A stretch of DNA of 64,000 nucleotides, from the NCBI GenBank assembly GCA_902623535.1, contig CACNUA010000002.1:74222-138221 (forward strand), given 5' to 3'. Under the pieces are notes generated by a model, which worked only from the letters and a program-made list of their open reading frames with translations, did not search any database and was not told the DNA's origin. The position numbers and the translations under genes were made by a program. Source of the stretch: an uncultured SAR86 cluster bacterium. Its GTDB lineage: Bacteria > Pseudomonadota > Gammaproteobacteria > Magnimaribacterales > D2472. Below, piece by piece: positions 53,188-63,289 of the stretch; position 1 is the first letter of the stretch; each line of letters starts with the position of its first letter.

Positions 53188-54608
53188 TTTCCAATAATTG
53201 CTTTGGTTTCAAGGCACTCAACAAGGCCTAATCTGCCATGCTCTCTTCCATTCCCAGATGTTTTAAATCCTCCAAATGGTGCTGCCGGTCCAGCATTTGA
53301 ACCGCCATTAATAGCAATCTGTCCTGCTCTTATTTTTGTTGCAACTTCTTTTGCATGATCAAAATTCTCAGATTGAACGTACCCCGCTAATCCATATGGA
53401 GTATCGTTTGCTATGGTAACTGCCTCATCTTCAGATTCATAAGAAAGCATGCACAAGACAGGACCGAATATCTCCTCTCTGGCTATTGTCATATCATTGG
53501 TAACATTTGAAAAAATTGTTGGTTTTACAAAGAACCCATGCTCAAGTCCTTCAGGTAAATCAGTCCCACCGCAAACAAGAGTTGCTCCTTCTTCAATACC
53601 AATATCAATAAGTCTTTTTACTTTTTCATATTGAGTTCTATTAGAAATGGGGCCTATTCTTACTCCTTCATCATTTGGTTTCCCAACAACGATAGAATTA
53701 GCTACATTTTTAGCAATTTCAACTGCCTCATCGTATTGAGACGAATGTACCAACATTCTTGTAGGAGCATTACATGATTGCCCAGTATTTAAAAAACAAT
53801 GATTTGCGCCTGCAGCTACTGCCTTTTCAAGATTTGCATCTTGAAGAATTATATTTGCCGATTTTCCTCCTAACTCTTGAGCAACCCTTTTAACAGTTGG
53901 AGCAGATGCTTGAGCAACGGCTACACCAGCTCTAGTTGATCCTGTAAAGTGCATCATATCCACATCAGGATGCTCAGATAAAGCTGCTCCAACAACAGGT
54001 CCATATCCATGAACTAAGTTAAAAACTCCATTAGGTAAATTAGATTTATCTAAGATGTCAGTGAGCATTACTGCACAGAAAGGGGTTATTTCACTAGGTT
54101 TAAGGACCATGGTGCAGCCAGCAGCCAATGCTGAAGCAATTTTTGTACACATTTGATTCATGGGCCAATTCCATGGAGTGATCATTCCAACAACACCAAT
54201 TGGTTCTTTTCTGACTAAGTAATGGTCTTCATTTGACTCAAATTCAAAGTCTTTCAAGACCGCTAAAGTATCTTTAAAGTGCCCTAAGCCCGATGCAACT
54301 TGCGCGACTTGAGAAAGCCATAGTGGTGCACCCATCTCTTCAGATATGCACAATGCTAAATCCTCAGCTGATGTTTCATAGTTTTTTATAATTTCTTCTA
54401 AAATTGCAATCCTGTCTTCCTTTGATGAAAACCCAAAGGATTTAAATGCGTTTTTTGCTGCAGCAACTGCAAGATCTATATCATCTTTTGTACCAGCAGA
54501 AATAGTACCAATAACTTCCTCAGTTGAAGGATTTTCAATCTCTATAAGCTCTTTTGAGGATGAATTAATCCATTCACCATTGATATAAAATCTGTGCTCT
54601 TTTTTCAT
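53184..54608 (-). CDS. NAD(P)-dependent aldehyde dehydrogenase
   Basis: 474 aa with ELGGKSANII (catalytic Glu motif), FLNTGQSCNAPTR (catalytic Cys), ITPWNWP and EEIFGPV. Confidence 0.9.
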   Translation of the reverse strand: MKKEHRFYINGEWINSSSKELIEIENPSTEEVIGTISAGTKDDIDLAVAAAKNAFKSFGFSSKEDRIAILEEIIKNYETSAEDLALCISEEMGAPLWLSQVAQVASGLGHFKDTLAVLKDFEFESNEDHYLVRKEPIGVVGMITPWNWPMNQMCTKIASALAAGCTMVLKPSEITPFCAVMLTDILDKSNLPNGVFNLVHGYGPVVGAALSEHPDVDMMHFTGSTRAGVAVAQASAPTVKRVAQELGGKSANIILQDANLEKAVAAGANHCFLNTGQSCNAPTRMLVHSSQYDEAVEIAKNVANSIVVGKPNDEGVRIGPISNRTQYEKVKRLIDIGIEEGATLVCGGTDLPEGLEHGFFVKPTIFSNVTNDMTIAREEIFGPVLCMLSYESEDEAVTIANDTPYGLAGYVQSENFDHAKEVATKIRAGQIAINGGSNAGPAAPFGGFKTSGNGREHGRLGLVECLETKAIIGN

Positions 54609-54698
54609 GTAATTTTCCCTATTTAAGTAAAGAGATTATACATAAACAGTAATGATTATTAATAATATTTATTTACAAAATAAGTGATATTTATATTG

Positions 54699-56108
54699 TT
54701 ATTTGTTGGCTTTAAATACTTCAATAGCTCTTAACCTAGAAGATTTAAGATCAACAATTTGGCTAGGATAATTAATTTCATATAGATGCTCAGGTGAGGG
54801 TAAATGAATTTCCCTATCATTGAGTGAGGCCAATTGAGGTAAATATTTTTTAATAAATCGCCCTTCCGAATCAAAATTTTGTGATTGTGTTACAGGGTTA
54901 AAAATTCTAAAGTATGGCGCAGCATCTGTTCCTGTTGAGGCGCTCCACTGCCAACCTCCATTATTAGATGCAAAGTCGCCATCAATTAAGTTTTCCATAA
55001 AAAAAGCTTCACCGATTCGCCAATCATGGAGCAAATTCTTTGTAAAAAACATTGCTACTACCATTCTTAACCTGTTATGCATCCAGCCTTCGTATTTTAA
55101 TTGAAGCATTGCAGCATCAATTAAAGGAAAGCCTGTTTTACCATCTTTCCAGGCCTTTATTTCCTCTTCGTTATACCTCCACTGAATTGATTTGGTAGAC
55201 ATATTAAATGGCTGATTCATGCTTACTCTTGGAAAGGAATGCATAATATTTTTATAAAATTCTCTCCAAATAATCTCATCAATCCATTTACATATCCCTT
55301 TGTTACCAGCCTGTAATTCAAAATTATTTAACTTAAGAGCTTCCAATATGCAGCGACGATTTGAAATGACTCCTACAGCAAGATAGGGAGATATTCTGCT
55401 TGTGCCATCGAGTATTGGATCATTTCTATCTTTTGAGTAATTAGAAACTTTATGATTAAGAAAGTTTTCTAATCTTGTTTTTGCAGCCAGCTCACCAGCA
55501 GGCCATAAACTCATGTCTACATCATGATCTTGAACGAAAGATATTTCATTGTTAAATGTATTGATAACATTAAAATTTTTTTTAACAGTTATATCTGATT
55601 CTATTTCCAAATGATCTATTGAAAAGTTTTCAATCCATTTTTTCTTAAATGGGGTAAAAACTGAAAAAGGTTTACCTTGACCAGTTAATAAAGTTCCTGG
55701 CTTAAATACAATTTGTTCATCAAAAAACTGATAATCAATTTGAGAAATTTCAAGCATATTTTGAACCTTCTGATCTCTTTCATGCTCATCGATACCAAAC
55801 TCATTACTCCAATAACATTTTGAAATATTATTGGATTTAGAAAATTCAGCGATTTGATTTGGTATTGAATCAAAGTTTTTAATAGATGCGGTAATCAAAG
55901 GTATGTTTAGCTTTTTAAGACCTTTGGATAAGTTTGATAAATTTTGAGTTATGAAGTCTAGCTTTACATTTGCGTTGTTATGAGTCTTCCATTCTTCCTC
56001 AGATAGCAAGTATAAGCACACAATCTTTTCACATTCATTATCTGCTATGCTTAGCGCTGGATTATCGTCTAATCTTAAATCTGATCTCAACCATACTAAA
56101 CCATTCAT
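54699..56108 (-). CDS. phrB: deoxyribodipyrimidine photolyase (CPD class I type)
   Basis: 469 aa with WLRSDLRLDDNPAL, WREFY, GWMHNRLRM and DGDFASNNGGWQW. Confidence 0.9.
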   Translation of the reverse strand: MNGLVWLRSDLRLDDNPALSIADNECEKIVCLYLLSEEEWKTHNNANVKLDFITQNLSNLSKGLKKLNIPLITASIKNFDSIPNQIAEFSKSNNISKCYWSNEFGIDEHERDQKVQNMLEISQIDYQFFDEQIVFKPGTLLTGQGKPFSVFTPFKKKWIENFSIDHLEIESDITVKKNFNVINTFNNEISFVQDHDVDMSLWPAGELAAKTRLENFLNHKVSNYSKDRNDPILDGTSRISPYLAVGVISNRRCILEALKLNNFELQAGNKGICKWIDEIIWREFYKNIMHSFPRVSMNQPFNMSTKSIQWRYNEEEIKAWKDGKTGFPLIDAAMLQLKYEGWMHNRLRMVVAMFFTKNLLHDWRIGEAFFMENLIDGDFASNNGGWQWSASTGTDAAPYFRIFNPVTQSQNFDSEGRFIKKYLPQLASLNDREIHLPSPEHLYEINYPSQIVDLKSSRLRAIEVFKANK

Positions 56109-56125
56109 AATTATATTAATTTGTT

Positions 56126-56881
56126 TTAAGTGTACTTATCACTATATGAACTAAGAAATTTATCTCCAGCAAATAAAGATATAACCTTTTCTAAATCTTT
56201 CGGTCTATCGACACCAATTACATGAGAAAAAGACTCATGAGCAATTATTGAAATATCATTATCTAGAAATCTCATCATGTCTATAGACTCTAATTCTTCG
56301 TGATAGCTAGGCGTAAGAGCTGAATATTCCTTTAATGCTCTATTCGAGAAAGCTATCATTCCCATTTGTCTATAAAATTTCTCTCCATTAAATGGGATTT
56401 TTGATCTCGAAAAAATTAGTACATTGTTATCTTGACCGATTATGGCCTTTACGACATCTGAACTTTCAGCCTCTATAGAATCAACTTGAATTACTGTATT
56501 GACCACACTTGCATTAGTATTTTTTATGGTGTGAATAATGCTATCTATTTCATTCGGACTAACCTGAGGTTCATCGCCCTGCACTAAGACTATATGTTCA
56601 AAGATATTATTTTGTTTTTCTAAGATTCTAAGCGTTTCTTCTGCTCTATCAGTAGCTCTCTCATGATGACTTCCGGTTAAAACACATGAAATATTCATTT
56701 GTTTACACCAATCAACAATTTCCATATTAGGTGTAGAAATATAAACAGCGTCGCAATCAGAAAGCAATGCTCTTTCATAACAATGAGCTAGCATAGGAAT
56801 ACCATGAATTAGTTGAAGCGGCTTACCTGGAAACCTAGATGATTCCATTCGAACTGGAACAACACCCAGAGTCTTACCCAT
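56126..56881 (-). CDS. KdsB-like cytidylyltransferase (3-deoxy-ulosonate cytidylyltransferase family)
   Basis: 251 aa. LGVVPVRMESSRFPGKPL, VQGDEP and a C-terminal VDRPKDLEKV are collinear with E. coli KdsB. The substrate is not assignable. Confidence 0.75.
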   Translation of the reverse strand: MGKTLGVVPVRMESSRFPGKPLQLIHGIPMLAHCYERALLSDCDAVYISTPNMEIVDWCKQMNISCVLTGSHHERATDRAEETLRILEKQNNIFEHIVLVQGDEPQVSPNEIDSIIHTIKNTNASVVNTVIQVDSIEAESSDVVKAIIGQDNNVLIFSRSKIPFNGEKFYRQMGMIAFSNRALKEYSALTPSYHEELESIDMMRFLDNDISIIAHESFSHVIGVDRPKDLEKVISLFAGDKFLSSYSDKYT

Positions 56882-57609
56882 TACTCAAATGGTTTTGAGG
56901 AAGCATTTTCAAGCATGCGAAAATCAACGCTATATGCTACTTTTGAGTAGCCCTTATTAAATAGGTTTTCAAGCTCTTCTGGAGATGGTTCCACAAGATG
57001 AAAGCCTCTTTCAAGTCCTCTTTTTTTTGCAGCATTTAGAACAAACTCCTCTGCTTCTACAAATTTACTTGAATTAAAATCTCCTGGAGCACCTAATGAG
57101 GTTGAAAGGTCATATGGCCCAATAAAATAGCCATCTATTGGCAGTTCAAATATTTTTTCAATGTTTTCTACACATTCTTTAGATTCTACTTGAAAGTAAA
57201 CCTTTATCTCTTTGGATGTTTGAGTTAAATATTGTTCTTTTCTATGTTTACTTCCATATCCCTGTGCTCTGTACAGCCCCATACTTCGCTTACCATCAGG
57301 ATAATATTTTGAGGCTTCTAAAATATTTTTTCCTTGCTCATAAGTATCAACCATGGGAGCGATAATACCTGTAGCACCAAAGTCTAATACTCTTTTAATT
57401 TGATTAGAGTCATGGCCTGAAAGTCGAACCATGGGTTTTGAACCTGCAAGATCAATCACCCTAATTAATTTCTCAGCTTGATTAATATTAATTGCAGAGT
57501 GTTCTAAATCAATTACTATCCATTCAAATCCAGATTGAGCAAAAATTTCGGCTATGGCCTCGCTTGGGATAGTTAACCAAGTGCCAATTGATAAATTTCT
57601 TTTATTCAT
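56881..57609 (-). CDS. HpcH/HpaI family (class II, pyruvate-dependent) aldolase
   Basis: 242 aa. GTWLTIPSEAIAEIFAQSGFEWIVIDLEHS, VRL and QVES...GPYDLS are typical of 2-keto-3-deoxy-acid aldolases (HpaI/GarL group). Confidence 0.75.
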   Translation of the reverse strand: MNKRNLSIGTWLTIPSEAIAEIFAQSGFEWIVIDLEHSAININQAEKLIRVIDLAGSKPMVRLSGHDSNQIKRVLDFGATGIIAPMVDTYEQGKNILEASKYYPDGKRSMGLYRAQGYGSKHRKEQYLTQTSKEIKVYFQVESKECVENIEKIFELPIDGYFIGPYDLSTSLGAPGDFNSSKFVEAEEFVLNAAKKRGLERGFHLVEPSPEELENLFNKGYSKVAYSVDFRMLENASSKPFE

Positions 57610-58540
57610 TTTTTAATAAGCCTCTAATTGCAGCCCTACCCATAGATAGAATACCATCTATGCTTAAGCTTGCCCTATGTGATGTCGCAAAAAAATTTTC
57701 TAAAGTTAGTAATTTATTGTCAAAAGCTGGCTCTACTTCAAAAACATCAAAAGATGCAAAAGATTTAGGATAATTTTTTAAAAAACTAAATAATGAATCT
57801 TCATCTACAATTCCACCCCGAGCAGTATTTATCAAAATGACATCTTTTTTCATTTTCTCTAAGACTTCAGAGTTTATTATATTTTGCGTTCCAGGAGTAA
57901 GTGGTAAATGAATAGAAATTATTTCGCTATTCGTTAACAATTCATCGAGGGTGACTTGTGAAATCTTTATTGATTTATTGACTTCGACAGTTTGCGGAAC
58001 CTGATCATAAAAAAATATTTCGGTGTCAAATGGTGCTAATAATTTAATTAATTCCTTGCCGATATTACCCATACCTAAAATGCCGATTCTTTTTCCTAAA
58101 AGCCCTCGCCCCTTTTGTTGTGACCAATAATTGTTGATAATTTCATCTTTATTTGAATCAATTCTCCTCAATGCATTCAATATAAGTAGCAATGCAAACT
58201 CTGCAACACTTGATTTATTTGCACCAGGGGTAAATGCAATTTCAACGCCTAGCTCTTTGCATGCTTCAATATCAATGTTGTTAAGTCCAACACCATATTT
58301 ACTGATCATTTTTAATTTAGGTAATTGACTCAGTAAGCCTTTATTTATTTCTTCGATTCCGATAATTGCTTTATCAACATTATCTAAAAAAACCCTTAGA
58401 GATTCTCCTTTAAGAGTTTCACCGGTTTCATTAAGTTTCACTTGACTAAAATAATTTTTTAATTCATTTACAAGCACCTCATTTTGTGAGAATGATCTAG
58501 AGGTAACTGCTACTGAATCCGAAGATTTTAACTTCACCAT
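57602..58540 (-). CDS. D-isomer-specific 2-hydroxyacid dehydrogenase family protein
   Basis: 312 aa with the GILGMGNIGKEL NAD motif and LINTARGGIVDE. It overlaps both neighbours (8 nt and 7 nt). Confidence 0.8.
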   Translation of the reverse strand: MVKLKSSDSVAVTSRSFSQNEVLVNELKNYFSQVKLNETGETLKGESLRVFLDNVDKAIIGIEEINKGLLSQLPKLKMISKYGVGLNNIDIEACKELGVEIAFTPGANKSSVAEFALLLILNALRRIDSNKDEIINNYWSQQKGRGLLGKRIGILGMGNIGKELIKLLAPFDTEIFFYDQVPQTVEVNKSIKISQVTLDELLTNSEIISIHLPLTPGTQNIINSEVLEKMKKDVILINTARGGIVDEDSLFSFLKNYPKSFASFDVFEVEPAFDNKLLTLENFFATSHRASLSIDGILSMGRAAIRGLLKNE

Positions 58541-59280
58541 AACAACCCATTAGAGAAAATAGCATTAACACGAAATTCTTTTGTTGGTTCAGAAATTGAA
58601 ATTTTACCTCCTGCCTCTTTAACCAAGACTGCTCCTGCGGCAATATCCCATAAAAAAATATCATTCTCTTGATAAAGATCGGCTTTTCCTGATGCTACAA
58701 AAACATTTGCCATAGTTGCAGATCCAATCATTCTTACTTTTTTCCATGACTGGAAATAATCTATCATTTTTTCAAATTCAGAATTTGAGTAATGATCTTT
58801 TGCTGGGATCCCTGTCATTAAAGTTCCCTCCGATTTAGAGCTAACGTTAGAAACTTGAATAGGCATTTCATTACAATAAGCACCCATGCCATTGGCACCC
58901 CAATAGAGATTATTATTTAAAAAATCATAAATAACTCCTATACAAGGATTGCCATCCTTAAAGAGTGAAATTGACGAAGAACAAATTGGTATGCTCCTAG
59001 AGAAGTTTGAGGTTCCATCTAATGGATCAACAACCCAGAATTCAGACCCAAGATCATCTGTTATTCCAGCTTCCTCAGATAATATAGGTAATTTTGAATC
59101 TTCTTTTAAGCAATCAATAATTATTTTCTCAGCAATCTCATCTACTGCTAATTTTATGTCCCTACCTTTACTTAGAAGTACTTCTTGTGGTCTCTGAAAT
59201 TCTTCAAGGAGCTTTTTTCCAGCATTTTTAGCAGCTTCTTTAGCAACATTTGCCAAAGAAAGTAAGTTTGATGATTTCAT
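58534..59280 (-). CDS. inositol monophosphatase family phosphatase (SuhB-like)
   Basis: 248 aa with LSEEAG, WVVDPLDGTSNF and WDIAAGAVLVKEAGG motifs. Confidence 0.8.
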   Translation of the reverse strand: MKSSNLLSLANVAKEAAKNAGKKLLEEFQRPQEVLLSKGRDIKLAVDEIAEKIIIDCLKEDSKLPILSEEAGITDDLGSEFWVVDPLDGTSNFSRSIPICSSSISLFKDGNPCIGVIYDFLNNNLYWGANGMGAYCNEMPIQVSNVSSKSEGTLMTGIPAKDHYSNSEFEKMIDYFQSWKKVRMIGSATMANVFVASGKADLYQENDIFLWDIAAGAVLVKEAGGKISISEPTKEFRVNAIFSNGLLW

Positions 59281-59299
59281 GAGATATTTTAAGAGCTTT

Positions 59300-60445
59300 C
59301 TAACCCTCGTAGCTTATTCTATAAATATTACCCAGTTTATCATCAGAAATTAAGAGGCTACCATCTGACATTTCAAACGGAGAGGAAGGTCTACCTAAGA
59401 CTTCCTCACCTTTTAGGAAACCAACCAAAAAATCTTGCATTTTGGGTTGATTATCGGCATCAAAAATAATTCTTACAACTTTATATCCTGATTTTTGAGA
59501 CCTATTCCAAGATCCATGCAAGGTAACAAAAAGATTATTCTTGTAGCTATCAGGAAACATATTTCCAGAATAGAAATCTGCTCCTGTTGGAGCAACATGG
59601 GGCCCTAACTCAAAGATTGGTTTAATAATTTCATAACCATGATTGATATTTCCGAATTCAGGATCCTGAACATCTTTTCCATGATGATATGGAAAACCAA
59701 AAAACTGCTCAGGCTGATTGGCAATATTTAATTCACAAGAAGGCGAATCATCTCCTAGCCAGTCACGACCATTGTCTGTAAAAAATAGCTTGTTTGTTTG
59801 AGGATGAAAATCAAAACCTACGCTATTCCTAACACCTCGAGCATATACAGAGTATTCACCATCAATAAATTTTAGAATGGTCGCATAGCGATCATCATCA
59901 TTTAAGCAAACATTGCATGGAGCTCCAATATTAAAATACAGTCCTCCATCTGCTCCGAATTTTAGCCACTTTCTCCCATGCCACCTATCTGCAGGCAAGT
60001 TATCAATTACGTTCACAACCTCTGCTTCAAAAGATTGTTCTTGATTATTAAGTTTTGAGTCTATATCGATAATTTTTGAGATTTTGCTAATCTCTGAAAA
60101 GAAGACTGACCCATTATTAAAAGCTATTCCGGAAGGTTGTTCTAAGGATGAAAGAATTTTTTTTGAATAATCAGCTTGGCCGTTTCCATCAGTGTCCTTG
60201 AGAGCGTATATATCTCCTTCTCTGATAGTACCCACAATAATATACCCATCATCAGTTTCAGTCATTTGCCGAGGTGTACCTAATCCACTCGCAAAGAGCT
60301 CTATCTTAAATCCCTCTGGAAGAGAAAGATTAAAAACATCTGATGATTGAATGCTTAAGTTATGGTTGACCATTTTTCCAGAGTCAGAGGAACCTATTAG
60401 AATTATTAACATTAAAGGTAAAGCAAACAAAAAGCTCTTATTCAT
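59300..60445 (-). CDS. PQQ-dependent sugar (sorbosone/glucose) dehydrogenase family protein, secreted
   Basis: Beta-propeller sGDH-like blocks (YFNIGAPCNVC, RGVRNSVGFDFHP, FFTDNGRDWLGDDSPSCELN, FGFPYHHG). I prefer the start at Met7 (60445), which gives the signal peptide MNKSFLFALPLMLIILIGS and avoids a 26-nt overlap with the upstream gene. The ORF track starts at 60463. Confidence 0.75.
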   Translation of the reverse strand: MNKSFLFALPLMLIILIGSSDSGKMVNHNLSIQSSDVFNLSLPEGFKIELFASGLGTPRQMTETDDGYIIVGTIREGDIYALKDTDGNGQADYSKKILSSLEQPSGIAFNNGSVFFSEISKISKIIDIDSKLNNQEQSFEAEVVNVIDNLPADRWHGRKWLKFGADGGLYFNIGAPCNVCLNDDDRYATILKFIDGEYSVYARGVRNSVGFDFHPQTNKLFFTDNGRDWLGDDSPSCELNIANQPEQFFGFPYHHGKDVQDPEFGNINHGYEIIKPIFELGPHVAPTGADFYSGNMFPDSYKNNLFVTLHGSWNRSQKSGYKVVRIIFDADNQPKMQDFLVGFLKGEEVLGRPSSPFEMSDGSLLISDDKLGNIYRISYEG

Positions 60446-62342
60446 ATTTAAACCCATCCACATATTTTGTCATTATTTCTGTTATTTTATTAGTATCGTT
60501 TTTTATAATTGCGTCAGACATATCCTTAATAATTTCATTAAGTTCCTCATTTGTTACAAATGATTCATTGGATTTAAAGATCCTAGAATTAGAGGTTTTT
60601 TCTTCATTTCCAGAAATTAGTAATTCCTCAAACATTTTTTCTCCATCTCTTAGACCAACTTCAATAATTTCAATTCCTTCTCTGTTAGATGTTTCAGCAA
60701 CACTCCTACCTGAAAGGTGAATTAATTTTCTTGCAATGTCGATAACCTTCATTTGCTCTCCCATATCAAGAATAAAAACTTCTCCACCCTTTGACATTTC
60801 TCCTGCCTGTAAAACTAAATTTGATGCCTCAGGGATTGTCATAAAATACCTTTCTACGTCTTTGTGAGTAATTGTTACTGGGCCTCCATTAGCAATTTGA
60901 TCTAAAAAAAGTGGGATGACTGATCCAGATGAGTTAATTACATTTCCAAATCTGACCATACATAATTTTGTAATCAGTTTTTTATCATTTAAAACTTGTA
61001 TAGCAATTTCAGCAAGCCTTTTTGTTGCACCCATAATGTTTTTTGGCCTAACAGCTTTATCAGTTGAAATGAGTACAAAAGATTTAACTTTTGCAGAAAT
61101 TGATTCCTCTGCAAGATTAAAAGTACCTAATAAATTATTCTCAATAGATTTTGAAATATTATTAACATCTTCAACAAGTGGAACATGCTTATATGCAGCA
61201 GCGTGATATATAGTATCTATATCATGCGAATTAAAAATTCTTCTTAAATGATTTCTGTCTTTTATATCACCTAGAATTGGATAAATCTCTGTTCCAAGAT
61301 CCTTTTCTTTTATTAACGCTTTGATTTCTTCAAATATCTTAAAAAGATTAAATTCTGAAATCTCAAAAAGTATAATTTTTTTTGGATTATAGTTTATTAA
61401 TTGTCTAACTATCTCAGAACCTATTGAGCCCCCTGCTCCAGTAACTAAAAATTCTCTTGATTCACTATTATTTACTGTTAAATTATCGATTTCTCTTGGA
61501 GGCAACAAATCATCTAGAGATAAATTCTGAATATCAGACATTTTTTTTGAATCAAAAATTAACTCATGAAATGCTGGGACAGTTCTTACAGATATCTTTA
61601 ATTTTTCAAGTTTTGCAATAACATCTCTCCTTTTTTCTGATTCAAGACTGGGTATTGCTAATAAAACCTCTAGATTATTATTGTTATCTCGGAGTGATTT
61701 TAATTTTTCCATAGAGCCGTAAATTGGAATATTATTAATTAATCTATTCTTTAAATCTTTGGAGTCATCGAAAAAAGCAACAAGATTTTTAGTTCTATCT
61801 AAAAGTATGGTCTGCATTAACTCTTTTCCGGCTGCGCCCGCTCCGTAAATGACCACAGGGTTAGCAGTATCTTCGATTGTGTAAGGATATAAGATTAATT
61901 TGGCAATATCTCGTGTAGTATTTAAAAGCGCATAGAACATTACTGAAAGAACAAACCCTTGTAAAATTGCAACAAAAAAAATTGTTGAAGTGGCCTGAGT
62001 AATCTGTGAAAGATATATTAATGACCAACCAAATCCAAATATCATTGATCCAAAAATTGAAACCATAATTGAATCAACAGAGTCAAAAAATCTTATGATT
62101 GACCTATAAAATCCAAAGAAATTCATAAATAGGACTGCTAAGACCGCAGGGAAAAAAAACTGAAAAAACTGATTAAGCACTGTATCAAGAATTGTTATGC
62201 TGAAATTTGTACCTACAGCATTAATTAATGGTGGCCCAAAAATTATCCAAGCAGTTAAAGCCATTATTAAATCGCTTGAAACAATAATGGCAAGTTTTGT
62301 TTTTCTATTCAGGCTCGAAAGCCTATTGCCGATTACGTTCAT
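60438..62342 (-). CDS. membrane-bound nucleotide-sugar 4,6-dehydratase (CapD/WbpM/PglF family)
   Basis: 634 aa. Four N-terminal TM helices, then an SDR domain with LVTGAGGSIGSE and STDKAVRPKNIMGATKRLAE. Confidence 0.85.
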   Translation of the reverse strand: MNVIGNRLSSLNRKTKLAIIVSSDLIMALTAWIIFGPPLINAVGTNFSITILDTVLNQFFQFFFPAVLAVLFMNFFGFYRSIIRFFDSVDSIMVSIFGSMIFGFGWSLIYLSQITQATSTIFFVAILQGFVLSVMFYALLNTTRDIAKLILYPYTIEDTANPVVIYGAGAAGKELMQTILLDRTKNLVAFFDDSKDLKNRLINNIPIYGSMEKLKSLRDNNNNLEVLLAIPSLESEKRRDVIAKLEKLKISVRTVPAFHELIFDSKKMSDIQNLSLDDLLPPREIDNLTVNNSESREFLVTGAGGSIGSEIVRQLINYNPKKIILFEISEFNLFKIFEEIKALIKEKDLGTEIYPILGDIKDRNHLRRIFNSHDIDTIYHAAAYKHVPLVEDVNNISKSIENNLLGTFNLAEESISAKVKSFVLISTDKAVRPKNIMGATKRLAEIAIQVLNDKKLITKLCMVRFGNVINSSGSVIPLFLDQIANGGPVTITHKDVERYFMTIPEASNLVLQAGEMSKGGEVFILDMGEQMKVIDIARKLIHLSGRSVAETSNREGIEIIEVGLRDGEKMFEELLISGNEEKTSNSRIFKSNESFVTNEELNEIIKDMSDAIIKNDTNKITEIMTKYVDGFKYE

Positions 62343-63208
62343 AGTTCAATTGAATTCTGTGTTTCGAGTAGAGAGCAATTATAGCGCTTTTCAAAGCGTG
62401 AAACATTTAGCGAGGAATTATTTGTTAAATTAAAATAAATCTTCTTAATGATGGGTATTTTCGAAACAAAAATCTCGATGAACTTCGGCATAAAAATATA
62501 AACAACATGACTTTCCATTTTTTTATGAAAAGCCTTAACAAGATCGTTTGTTGAGATAGGTCTTTTATCAGCAACATTAAAAACTGATAAATTATCTGAA
62601 TTATCTTGCTCTCTTGAAATAGCCTTTTCTACGACACTGATGAGATTTTTTTTTGTTAGAAATGACTTTCTGTTTTTATTTGCTCCTTCAAAAATAGGAA
62701 AAACCCTTAATCTTGAACTGAATTTTATTAATTTTGATACCTTGGTGCTACTTTTTAGGTCCACAAAAGGAGGTAATCTAAGGATGGTCAAGTCAATATC
62801 ATATTCTTTGCAAGCCTCTAATAAAAATTCTTCGCACTCTAATTTAGCACTAGCATAAATGTTTTCTGGTTGAATGATAGCTGCCTCATCTATAGATCCA
62901 TTGATGGAATTTTTCTTAGAATATATTTGAGATGTGCTAAAAAAAATTATATGTTTTATTTTTCTCTTAATACAAAAACTTAATGCCTTTTTAGATAGAT
63001 TGACCTCTTCTTGAAAATGGCTATGATTTTGAAGATTTGCATTTAAAGAGGCTAGATGAATGAACACATCAAAATTTTCCAAATCATGCTCAAATTCAAA
63101 TCTATCATTGCGCATGTTATATGGAAAAAAATTATATTCCGTGGAAACAAAACTATTGAATATAGTTTTTCCTATAGAACCACTGAAACCACTCAGAACA
63201 ATATTCAT
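62339..63208 (-). CDS. NAD-dependent epimerase/dehydratase (extended SDR) family protein
   Basis: 289 aa with IVLSGFSGSIGKT and YASAKLECE (YxxxK). It has a 4-nt overlap with the downstream CapD-like gene. Confidence 0.65.
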   Translation of the reverse strand: MNIVLSGFSGSIGKTIFNSFVSTEYNFFPYNMRNDRFEFEHDLENFDVFIHLASLNANLQNHSHFQEEVNLSKKALSFCIKRKIKHIIFFSTSQIYSKKNSINGSIDEAAIIQPENIYASAKLECEEFLLEACKEYDIDLTILRLPPFVDLKSSTKVSKLIKFSSRLRVFPIFEGANKNRKSFLTKKNLISVVEKAISREQDNSDNLSVFNVADKRPISTNDLVKAFHKKMESHVVYIFMPKFIEIFVSKIPIIKKIYFNLTNNSSLNVSRFEKRYNCSLLETQNSIEL

Positions 63209-63289
63209 TAGTCATATTATAATTAAGTTTTAATGAATAACTTTAAATTTGAATCTATGGAAGATTTTTAATCAAATACATATTTTTTA

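Noticed and set aside
59300-60463. Longer start (MWMGLNMNKS...) for the PQQ-dehydrogenase ORF as given in the ORF track.
   Set aside because: It would overlap the upstream CapD-like gene by 26 nt. Starting at Met7 (60445) yields a canonical signal peptide and a 2-nt gap after the upstream stop.
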